A model generated the notes under the pieces. That model worked only from the letters and a program-made list of their open reading frames with translations. It was not told where the DNA came from and ran no database searches. A program made the translations under genes and the position numbers. This document shows, piece by piece, positions 9,121 to 16,952 of a stretch of DNA of 64,000 nt. Every line of letters begins with the position of its first letter. Positions within the stretch are counted from its first letter, which is position 1. Source of the stretch: an uncultured Actinomycetes bacterium (GTDB lineage: Bacteria; Actinomycetota; Actinomycetes; Streptosporangiales; Streptosporangiaceae); NCBI GenBank assembly GCA_963762615.1, contig CAVXLG010000017.1, forward strand, positions 447,566 to 511,565, written 5' to 3'.

Positions 9121-9864
9121 CTACCGGCCCTGATTCCGCACCGCCTCGGCCGCCTCAGCCGCAGCCCGCGGGTCGAGGTACCTGCCTGCACCGCCCGCCG
9201 GGCGGAACGCGTCATCGAGCTCGTAGACCAGCGGGATGCCGGTCGGGATGTTCAGCGCCGAGATCTCCGCGTCCGGTATCCCCTCGAGGTGCTTGACGAG
9301 GGCCCGGAGCGAGTTTCCGTGCGCGACCACGAGCACCATCCGGCCGGCCAGCAGATCCGGGATGATCGCGTCATCCCAGTACGGCATCAGCCGGCCGAGC
9401 ACGTCCTTGAGGCACTCGGTGCGGGGCAGCAGCTCGGACGGCAGCGCGGCATACCTGGGGTCGCCCGCCGGCGACAGCGGGTCGGCATCGGGCAGCGGCG
9501 GTGGCGGCACGTCGTAGGAGCGTCGCCAGAGCATGAACTGCTCGTCGCCGAACTCCTCGCGCGTGCGGGCCTTGTCCTTCCCCTGCAGCGCGCCGTAGTG
9601 GCGCTCGTTCAGCCGCCAGGATTTGCGCACCGGCAGCCACAGCCTGTCTGCCGCCTCGAGCGTGCCGTTCGCGGTCTGGATGGCGCGGGTGAGCACCGAG
9701 GTGTGCACCACATCGGGCCGCAGGCCCGCATCTCGCAGCAGCGCGCCCGCGGTCTGAGCCTCCTGCTTGCCCCGGTCAGACAGCCCGACGTCCACCCATC
9801 CGGTGAACAGGCCGTCGGCATTCCAGACGCTTTCGCCATGCCGCAGCAGTACCAGGGTTAGCAT
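9121..9864 (-). CDS. gpmA: 2,3-bisphosphoglycerate-dependent phosphoglycerate mutase
   Basis: [29 protein letters not shown]...[14 protein letters not shown]...[17 protein letters not shown]. Only the last 247 codons of the 561-aa ORF are gpmA. Confidence 0.9.
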   Translation of the reverse strand: MLTLVLLRHGESVWNADGLFTGWVDVGLSDRGKQEAQTAGALLRDAGLRPDVVHTSVLTRAIQTANGTLEAADRLWLPVRKSWRLNERHYGALQGKDKARTREEFGDEQFMLWRRSYDVPPPPLPDADPLSPAGDPRYAALPSELLPRTECLKDVLGRLMPYWDDAIIPDLLAGRMVLVVAHGNSLRALVKHLEGIPDAEISALNIPTGIPLVYELDDAFRPAGGAGRYLDPRAAAEAAEAVRNQGR

Positions 9865-9930
9865 GCCGACGAGCCTAGTGGCCTGCCGGGAACAGGTTGC
9901 GGCCCGGCAAGGTTCCCCTGTCGGAGGTGC

Positions 9931-11200
9931 ATGCCCGTGCCGCGACGCTCGCCCCGGCGGATCGCGACCATCAGCGTCCATACGTCGCCGCTTGACCAGC
10001 CAGGAACCGGTGATGCCGGCGGCCTGAACGTCTATGTCGTCGAGGTGGCCCGGCGCCTGGCCGCCCGAGGCGTCGAGGTCGAGGTGTTCACCCGTGCGGT
10101 CAGCCGGGATGCGCCCCCGGTCACCGAGCTGGCTCCCGGCGTGCTCGTCAGGCACGTGATCGCCGGCCCGTTCGAGGAGCTGGACAAGGCTGACCTGCCG
10201 GCCCACCTGTGCCACTTCACCCTGGAGGTACTGCGCGCCGAAGCCGCCTACGAGCCGGGCAGGTACGACCTTGTGCACGCGCACTACTGGCTGTCCGGCC
10301 AAGTGGGGGCGGTGGCCAAGGAACGCTGGGGGGTACCGCTCGTCCAGTCCATGCACACGCTGGGCAGGGTGAAGAACGCCGCTCTCGCGACGGGTGACTG
10401 CGCCGAGCCGCAGATCCGGATCCGCGGCGAGGCGGAGGTGATCGCAGCCGCGGACCGGCTGGTCGCCAACACGGCCGCCGAGGCGGACCAGCTGGTCGGC
10501 CTGTACGGGGCCGACACGTCCAGGGTCAGGACGGTCAATCCCGGAGTCGACCTGGCGGTGTTCCATCCGGGGTCGAAGCTGGCGGCGCGGCGCAAGCTCG
10601 GCCTGCGCGCCGACGCCGTGGTCCTCATGTTCGCCGGACGGGTGCAGCCGCTGAAGGCGCCGCACCTGGTACTGCACGCCGCCGCGAAGCTCATCCGCGG
10701 CGATCCCCAGCTGGCCGGCGCTGGTCGTGGCGTTCGTCGGCGGGCCGAGCGGTACCGGCCGCGCCGACCCGGACCAGATCGCGGAGCTGGCGGCCGCTCT
10801 CGGCATATCGGACGTGGTCCGGCTGGAGCCGCCCTGCCCGCAGCCGGAGCTGGCCCAGTGGTACCGGGCGGCGACCGCCGTGCTCGTGCCGTCCTATTCG
10901 GAGTCGTTCGGCCTGGTGGCGGTGGAAGCCCAGGCGTGCGGCACGCCGGTGGTGGCGGCATCAGTCGGCGGGCTGCGCACCGCGGTGCGCGACGGGGTGT
11001 CCGGCGTGCTGGTGCCCGGGCATGACCCGGCTGAGTATGCCCGCGCGCTGCGCGAGCTGATCGCCTCGCCCGGCCGGCTGGCCAGCCTCTCGGCCGGCGC
11101 GATCGAGCACGCCTCCCGGTTCAGCTGGACCGGTGCGGTTGACCAGCTGATGGGGGTATATACCGGGGTCATGAACGATGTGGCCGCGGTCGACGCGTGA
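9931..11200 (+). pseudogene. mshA: D-inositol-3-phosphate glycosyltransferase MshA, interrupted by one frameshift near 10711-10722; may be an assembly error
   Basis: The N-terminal part ([27 protein letters not shown]...HAHYWLSG...[11 protein letters not shown]) is in frame 1. The C-terminal part ([11 protein letters not shown]...[30 protein letters not shown]) is in frame 2. Confidence 0.85.
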
Positions 11201-11742
11201 CGACCTCCGACGCCGGCCCGCTCGTGCGGGATACGTCCCGGACGCCGGCCGCGGTCATCGAGGCCGCCCTGGCCGATCTGGGGCTCGGCTACGAGAGCCC
11301 GCGGCCCGGGGCTTACCTGGTCAAGCTGGCCGGGCAGCACAAGCTCGCCACCATGACCTGGCTGATCATCGAGGCGCACAGCCTGCACGTCGAGGCGTTC
11401 TTCTGCCGCCAGCCGGACGAGAATCACGCCCGCTTCTACCGGTTCCTGCTGGAACGGGGAGCGCGGATGTACGGGGTGCACTTCGCCCTCGATCCGCTCG
11501 GTGACGTCTACCTGGTCGGGCGGCAGCCGCTGGGCAGCGTGACGGCGGAGGAGGTCGACCGGCTGCTCGGCTGCGTGCTGAGCTACTCCGACGAGAACTT
11601 CGACACTGCGCTCGAGATCGGCTTCGCGTCGTCCATCCGGCGGGAATGGCAGTGGCGTGCCCGGCGCGGCGAGAGCCTCGACAACCTGCGGGCGTTTGCC
11701 CGGTTCGCCGGGCCCGGGCCCGGCGAGCAGCAGCGTCCCTGA
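11197..11742 (+). CDS. YbjN domain-containing protein (Rv0487-like, conserved downstream of mshA)
   Basis: 181-aa ORF with a GTGA overlap of the mshA stop. ...[34 protein letters not shown]...[16 protein letters not shown]... Confidence 0.7.
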   Translation: MTTSDAGPLVRDTSRTPAAVIEAALADLGLGYESPRPGAYLVKLAGQHKLATMTWLIIEAHSLHVEAFFCRQPDENHARFYRFLLERGARMYGVHFALDPLGDVYLVGRQPLGSVTAEEVDRLLGCVLSYSDENFDTALEIGFASSIRREWQWRARRGESLDNLRAFARFAGPGPGEQQRP

Positions 11743-11925
11743 CCGGCGGCCGGCCCAGTCCGCCACCCGCGGGCCGCCAGGCCGCCGCGCCGGGACCCGG
11801 CGAGCAGCAGGGTCCTGACCGGCGGCCGGCCAGTCCGCCACCCGCGGGCCGCCAGGCCGGGGCGCGGCGAGCGGCAGCGTCCCGGCCGGCGGCCGGGGGA
11901 ATCCGCCGCGGGTCAGCCGCCCGGG
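11716..11925. repeat. tandem repeat, about 70-77 bp x 3 (third copy degenerate), between convergent genes
   Basis: CCCGGCGAGCAGCAG[C/G]GTCC(C)TGACCGGCGGCCGGCC(C)AGTCCGCCACCCGCGGGCCGCCAGGCCG starts at 11719 and 11796, with a degenerate copy from about 11864. Copy 1 contains the ybjN-like stop codon. Copy 3 runs into the 3' end of the phosphoesterase gene. Confidence 0.8.
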
Positions 11926-13328
11926 CCGGTGACCGATCCGGGCGGCGGGATGGTCCCGGGCCCGGTGATGGTGCAGATCACGGCGTCGGCGTTGGTGTCG
12001 TACAGCGGCTTGGCCAGTTCCGGCGGCTTGATGAAGGCCGGGCGCCTGAGGTCCAGCATGTCGAGCATGTTGTTGGCGTTGGCGTCCCGGAAGGTCATGG
12101 CGGGCAGGTTCCATTTGGTCTCGACCAGCTTGCAGATGCTGGAGTGGTCGAAGACGTTGTGCGAGACGTAGTTCTTACGCGACCAGGGCGAGATCACCGC
12201 GCACGGCACCCGGAACCCGTACCTGGCGAACCCGTCAAAGGCGGACTCGCCGGACGGGACGTCGGGCGGGATGTCGTCGGGCGGGATGGCCTTGGGCGGG
12301 GGCACGTGGTCGTAATATCCGCCGTGCTCGTCATAGGTCCAGATCAGCAGCGTGGTGGCCCACTCGGGACCGGACATGACCGCCCGGATGACCTGGGACG
12401 CGAACGCCTCGCCGACGGCGATGTTCTGCGGGTCCTCCTCCGAGTGGGTGGAATAGTCGGGATCGACGATGCAGAAGCCGGGCAGGTCACCGCTCGCGGC
12501 GTCGGCGAAGAACCGCCCGAGCGGAAGCACCTTCTTGCCGAAGTTGTCGAAGTAGATGGTCGGGAACAGCAGCGTTGACGGCGTGGTGGAGTAGTAGTTC
12601 CGCCAGCTGATCTTGTGCGCGTCGAGCGCGTCAAACAGGGTCCCGTTCTTGGGGTAGCCGCTCGGGAAGGTGTCGTTGACCATCCCGAGCGAGGTGGCCG
12701 CCATCAGGTAGCGGCGGTTCGGGAAGGTCTGGCCGAGCACCGAGCAGAAGTAGCGGTCGGCGATCGGGAACTCGGTGGCCAGGGAGTAGTAGAAGGGCTG
12801 GTCGGCCTGCTCCCAGTAGCCCATGGACACCGGGCCGCTGGCGGACTCGACGAAGCCGTCGTTCTTCCCGTGGTCGTACTGGATGTGACACTGCTCCCAC
12901 TCCTGGCTCGGCCCGTTGGTCTGGCAGGTGGTGGGCATCCGGAAGGCGTGCTGGATCTTGCCGTTCGTGTACGGGTTGGTCTCGACCGGCTTGCCGTTCT
13001 TGCCGAGGGTGAAGCCGTCCGCGCCCGGGCGTTTCAGCAGCCCGAGCTTGTTGTCGTAGGAGTGGTTCTCCATCATGAGCACGACGATGTGCCGGATCAG
13101 CGGGATCGTGTCCCGGCCGGCCGGCAGGTCCGGGTAGGGCAGCGATCCCGGCTTGCGCAGCCCGCTGCGGCTGAGCGCGGCGCGGGATGACGCCGCGGCC
13201 TTCGGGGCCGGGCCGGCGGCGCGCCAGGCGCCCGTGCCCGCCGCCGTTCCGGCGGCCAGCCCGCCGATGAGCAGCCCGCGCCTGGTGGGGCCGCCGCCGC
13301 CGCCCGGCAGGATGTCCCGCATGCCCAT
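11913..13328 (-). CDS. phosphoesterase family protein (non-haemolytic phospholipase C / acid phosphatase type) with a Tat signal
   Basis: Twin-arginine signal TRRGLLIGGLAAGTAAGTGAW. IRHIVVLMMENHSYDNKLG, TFPNRRYLMAATS, YDEHGGYYDHVPPP. ATG at 13328 is preceded by GAGGAAGGG. Confidence 0.85.
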   Translation of the reverse strand: MGMRDILPGGGGGPTRRGLLIGGLAAGTAAGTGAWRAAGPAPKAAASSRAALSRSGLRKPGSLPYPDLPAGRDTIPLIRHIVVLMMENHSYDNKLGLLKRPGADGFTLGKNGKPVETNPYTNGKIQHAFRMPTTCQTNGPSQEWEQCHIQYDHGKNDGFVESASGPVSMGYWEQADQPFYYSLATEFPIADRYFCSVLGQTFPNRRYLMAATSLGMVNDTFPSGYPKNGTLFDALDAHKISWRNYYSTTPSTLLFPTIYFDNFGKKVLPLGRFFADAASGDLPGFCIVDPDYSTHSEEDPQNIAVGEAFASQVIRAVMSGPEWATTLLIWTYDEHGGYYDHVPPPKAIPPDDIPPDVPSGESAFDGFARYGFRVPCAVISPWSRKNYVSHNVFDHSSICKLVETKWNLPAMTFRDANANNMLDMLDLRRPAFIKPPELAKPLYDTNADAVICTITGPGTIPPPGSVTGPGG

Positions 13329-13514
13329 GGGTGTCCCTTCCTCTCTGTGGCCGCCGTGACTGGGGGAAGTCTGCCAACCGGGCGGAATCCCCACAAGGCC
13401 TGCGGATGACCGGAAGTGAACGAGATCGCGTCACGCGAGCCAACTGGGCGGCTGACCAGAAGATTGCGATTCGATACGGGGCTATCCGAGAAGGCGGGCA
13501 GGATCGTCCCGGCC

Positions 13515-15467
13515 TCAGCCGCCGCCGAGCTGGACCGCCTTGACGACGAGAAGCAGGACCGAGATCACCAGGTAGCCGCGCAGCATCAGCATGCCCAGCT
13601 TGGTCCCCGGCGACCAGGCGACGGGCTTGAGCAGGGCGAGCGGTGGCATGCGCCAGTTTTCGCGCTCGGAACGGGACATCGCGTGGCTGGGGTGCAGCGG
13701 CGGGGGCGGACGGCGCGAGCGGGAGAGCCAGAGCCATCCGCCGGTCACGGCGGCGCCCGCCAGGAGTGCCAGAGCCAGCCAGATCGCGACCCGGGCGGAG
13801 TTGAAACCGGGGAACAGCGTATCGATGACCAGCGTGCCGGACAGGGTCAGCAGCACGCCGATGATGACGCCGGCCAGGACGTTCAGCCAGCGATGGTTCA
13901 TCCACGGGCCGAGCACCTCGGGGTCGTTGCACAACAGCAGCAAGAAGACGCTCGCGCTCGGCAGCAGCACGCCGGCCAGGGCCTGCACGGCGGTGGTGAG
14001 CAGGCCGAGCGGGGTGCCGGGGATCAGGACGATGCCCGCGGCTAGTGCGATCATCGCGCCGTAGCTGGCGTAGAAGGGCCTGGCGTCCTTGAACTTGCGA
14101 TGCAGAGAGTGCTTGATGCCGAATACGTCGCCGAAGGCGTAGCTGGTGGACAAGGTCACCGCTGCGGCGCCGATGATACTCGCGTCCAGCAGCACGATCG
14201 CGAACAGCGCGCCCAGCGCGCCGCTCTTGCGGCCCAGCGCCTTGGCGACGCCGAGTGCGTCGGTGAAGTGCCCGACCAGGTCGGTGCCGCGGACCGCGTA
14301 GACGGCCACCACCAAGATCGCCGCGGCGCCGCCCACCACGACCAGCGAGCCCAGCGAGGTGTCCGCCCGCTCATAGCCGATGAAGCGCGGCGTGATCCGC
14401 TTGTCAATGACGTTGGACTGCTGGAAGAACAGCTGCCAGGGCGCGACTGTGGTGCCGACGATCGCGATGATCAGCAGCACCGCGTTCGAGTTGACGCCGC
14501 CCTGGATGCCCGGCACGACGAAGTCGGTGGCGATCGTGCCGTAGTGCGGGCCGGACAGCACCGCCACCGGGACCAGCACCAGGCTCGCCGCGATGAATCC
14601 CAGCATGGCGCGCTCCCAGCGGCGGAAGCTGCCGCTCAGGGTGATGCCTACCAGGACAAGCGCCGCCACCGGCACCGAGATGTACTGGCTGACGCCGAAG
14701 TAGCGCAGCGCCAGCGAGACGCCGATGAACTCCGTGACGATCGTCAGGAAGTTCAGCAGGAACAGGTCGCCGACGCTGAAGGCACCCCAGAACCGGCCGA
14801 ACCGCTCGATGATCAGCCGGGCGTGGCCGACGCCGGTTACCGCGCCCAGCCTGACCACCATCTCCTGGTTGACGATCAGCACCGGGATCAGCAGCAGCAG
14901 CACCCACAGCAGGCTGTATCCGTAATCCTGGCCGGCCTGGGCGTAGGTGGACACTCCGCCGGCGTCGTTGTCGCCGACCATCACGATCAGGCCGGGTCCG
15001 ATGATCGCCAGGAAGGTGATCAGCCGCCGCCGCCAGCCGCTGCGCTGCTCGTCGCCGACCCGGATCCGGCCGAGCGCGCCCTCGATGTCACCGAGGTGCG
15101 CCTCATCCAGGACGGCGCTGGGCGCGGCGAGCTGACGCGGCGGGCTCGCACGGGGCGCGTCCCGGCGCGGCGGCCCCGAGCGGATGCCGTCCTTGCCTGC
15201 GGGCCCCCGGCGGATGGCATCCTGACCCGAGGCGTCCTGGCGCGGAGCATCCTGGCGCGGGCCATCCTGACGCGGCGTGCCTGACCGGGCCTGCGGCTTC
15301 TCGCGCGGCGGCCCCGCGCGTGGCGGCGGCTTCTCGCGCGGCGGCCCCGGCCGTGGCGGCGGCTTCTCGCGCGGCGGCCCCGGCCGTGGCGGCGGCTTCT
15401 CGCGCGGCGGAGGCTTCTCGCGCGACGGCCCCTGAGGCGGGGGCTTCTCGCGCGGCAGCTCCGTCAT
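13515..15467 (-). CDS. Nramp/SLC11-family transporter with an NRMT-like (Mg2+-type) metal site, a Pro-rich repeat N-terminus and a C-terminal TM extension
   Basis: IIGPGLIVMVGDNDAGGVSTYAQAG replaces the canonical DPGN with DAGG. IVGTTVAPWQLFFQQS replaces A-x-x-M-P-H with T-x-x-A-P-W. The ATGA start overlaps the upstream MgtE-N/CBS gene. Confidence 0.85.
   Translation of the reverse strand: MTELPREKPPPQGPSREKPPPREKPPPRPGPPREKPPPRPGPPREKPPPRAGPPREKPQARSGTPRQDGPRQDAPRQDASGQDAIRRGPAGKDGIRSGPPRRDAPRASPPRQLAAPSAVLDEAHLGDIEGALGRIRVGDEQRSGWRRRLITFLAIIGPGLIVMVGDNDAGGVSTYAQAGQDYGYSLLWVLLLLIPVLIVNQEMVVRLGAVTGVGHARLIIERFGRFWGAFSVGDLFLLNFLTIVTEFIGVSLALRYFGVSQYISVPVAALVLVGITLSGSFRRWERAMLGFIAASLVLVPVAVLSGPHYGTIATDFVVPGIQGGVNSNAVLLIIAIVGTTVAPWQLFFQQSNVIDKRITPRFIGYERADTSLGSLVVVGGAAAILVVAVYAVRGTDLVGHFTDALGVAKALGRKSGALGALFAIVLLDASIIGAAAVTLSTSYAFGDVFGIKHSLHRKFKDARPFYASYGAMIALAAGIVLIPGTPLGLLTTAVQALAGVLLPSASVFLLLLCNDPEVLGPWMNHRWLNVLAGVIIGVLLTLSGTLVIDTLFPGFNSARVAIWLALALLAGAAVTGGWLWLSRSRRPPPPLHPSHAMSRSERENWRMPPLALLKPVAWSPGTKLGMLMLRGYLVISVLLLVVKAVQLGGG
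15295..15460 (-). repeat. in-frame 33-bp coding tandem repeat (PREKPPPRPGP units) at the 5' end of the Nramp gene
   Basis: GGCTTCTCGCGCGGCGGCCCC recurs at 15295, 15328, 15361 and 15394 (period 33), with shortened copies at 15412 and 15442. Confidence 0.85.
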
Positions 15468-16813
15468 TGATCATCTCCGCGATGCGCGTCGCGCGGGTCG
15501 GAATGCCCGCGATGCGCGTCGGGCGGCTCCGCCGCCTCGCGACGGCGCCAGTCGTCGGGAAGAGTGACCTCGAGCACATCATCGACCGTGATGACGCCGA
15601 GCATCTGGCAGCGATCATCTACCACCGGGATCGTGATCAGGTTGTAGTCGGTCATCAGCACGGCGACATCGACCACGTCGGTGTCCGGGCCGACCCGCAC
15701 CGGATCGGTGTCGCTGACCGCGCCGAGCAGCGCGTCGGGATCGGCCTGCACCAGCGTGACCAGCTTGGCCACGCCGCGCAGGCGCCCCTTCTTACTGGTC
15801 GCGTGCACGCTGGTCAGCGCCTCCGGCTGCAGGCTCACGGCCTTGCGGACCGCGGCGAGCACCTCCTCCACCCTGGTATCCGCGGGCAGTGCAAGGTAGT
15901 CCACGCCCATCAGGCCGCCTGCGCTGGTGGGGTTGAATCCCATCAGGGTCAGCACCTTGGCGCGCTGGCCGGCCGGGAGCAGGTCGAGGACGGGCTCGCG
16001 GCGCCGCTGCGGGAGCTCCGCGATCGCGTCGGCCGCGTCGTCGGCACGCATCCGGCTGAGCACCTCGGCGATCTCCTGATCGGAACGCGCGCCGAGCAGC
16101 CGGGTTGCGCGGTCTTCGTCAAGCTCCTCGAAGACGTCCGCCTCGAGTTCCGGGTCGGCGTGCACGCGGCCCAGGATCTCGGTCTCCTCTTCCTTGGACG
16201 CGTTCTCGAGCAGATCCGCGATCTGGGCCGGCTTCAGGCCGCGGATCCGGGCGAACGGGCCGCGCAGCACGGCGCTCTCCGGGTGACCGATCAGCGCCTC
16301 GAACTGCGCCTGATCACGGAAGACGCCCTCGTCCCGCTGGTGGCCGCCCAGCCCCAGCCAGCCCAGGATCCGCCTGGGGCGGCGCCGGGTGTCCACGCCG
16401 GACAGCACCCATTGCCCGTCCCGCCGGGACAGCTGCAGATCCGCCGCCCGGACCAGGCGCGCCCGCTCGACGTCGATCAGCCGGTGGCCGAGCACGTCGG
16501 CGCGCAGCAGCACCTCGCCGTCGCGGCGCTCGAACCTGCGCAGGTCGAGCCGGGCGCTGGTCAGCTTGAGCTCGTCACGGTCGAAGGAGCTGACCTGCTC
16601 GATGGGAATGTAGACCTGCCGCCCGCCGACTTTGCCGACCAGGCCAGTCACCACCGGGTAGTCGGCTCCGCGCAGCCGGACGATGACATCGGACAGCTTG
16701 CCGAGCGACTCCCCGTCGCGGGAAGTGAGCGCACGCTTGAGCAGTGCGGACAGGTTCAGGGTCTGGCTGCTTTCCGCCTCCGGGGCGGATGCGGCTGGCG
16801 GCGTCGCGGTCAT
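15464..16813 (-). CDS. soluble MgtE-type cytoplasmic sensor protein (PRC-barrel + MgtE_N + tandem CBS, no membrane domain)
   Basis: PRC-like N-terminus (GKLSDVIVRL...VYIPIEQV). MgtE_N-like helices (AEVLSRMRADDAADAIAELP). CBS pair (AGGLMGVDYLALPADTRVEEVL...; VAVLMTDYNLITIPVVDDRCQMLGVITVDDVLEV). The ORF ends right after CBS2, so the MgtE TM domain is absent. Confidence 0.8.
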   Translation of the reverse strand: MTATPPAASAPEAESSQTLNLSALLKRALTSRDGESLGKLSDVIVRLRGADYPVVTGLVGKVGGRQVYIPIEQVSSFDRDELKLTSARLDLRRFERRDGEVLLRADVLGHRLIDVERARLVRAADLQLSRRDGQWVLSGVDTRRRPRRILGWLGLGGHQRDEGVFRDQAQFEALIGHPESAVLRGPFARIRGLKPAQIADLLENASKEEETEILGRVHADPELEADVFEELDEDRATRLLGARSDQEIAEVLSRMRADDAADAIAELPQRRREPVLDLLPAGQRAKVLTLMGFNPTSAGGLMGVDYLALPADTRVEEVLAAVRKAVSLQPEALTSVHATSKKGRLRGVAKLVTLVQADPDALLGAVSDTDPVRVGPDTDVVDVAVLMTDYNLITIPVVDDRCQMLGVITVDDVLEVTLPDDWRRREAAEPPDAHRGHSDPRDAHRGDDQ

Positions 16814-16952
16814 CGCTATTGCTCCCTCGGTAAGCGATCACGACATCCTTACCATGTCACGCCCCGGTGAACGGCAGGCTACCGCTGGAGGCGGAATCCG
16901 CGCAGCGGTGATATGAAGGCCAAAGCCGTCATGAACGGGAGGACGAGAGGTC

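Noticed and set aside
9865-10806. N-terminal 314 codons of the 561-aa minus-strand ORF that ends as gpmA
   Set aside because: gpmA begins at the internal [12 protein letters not shown] (9864). The upstream part is antisense to mshA.
16814-16952. M-box (Mg2+) or ydaO (c-di-AMP) riboswitch in the divergent gap between the MgtE-N/CBS gene and the first KimA-like gene
   Set aside because: The gap is only 139 bp, shared by two divergent promoters, which is too short for an M-box. I found none of the conserved ydaO core motifs. Only a small ACCGCTG/CAGCGGT hairpin is present.
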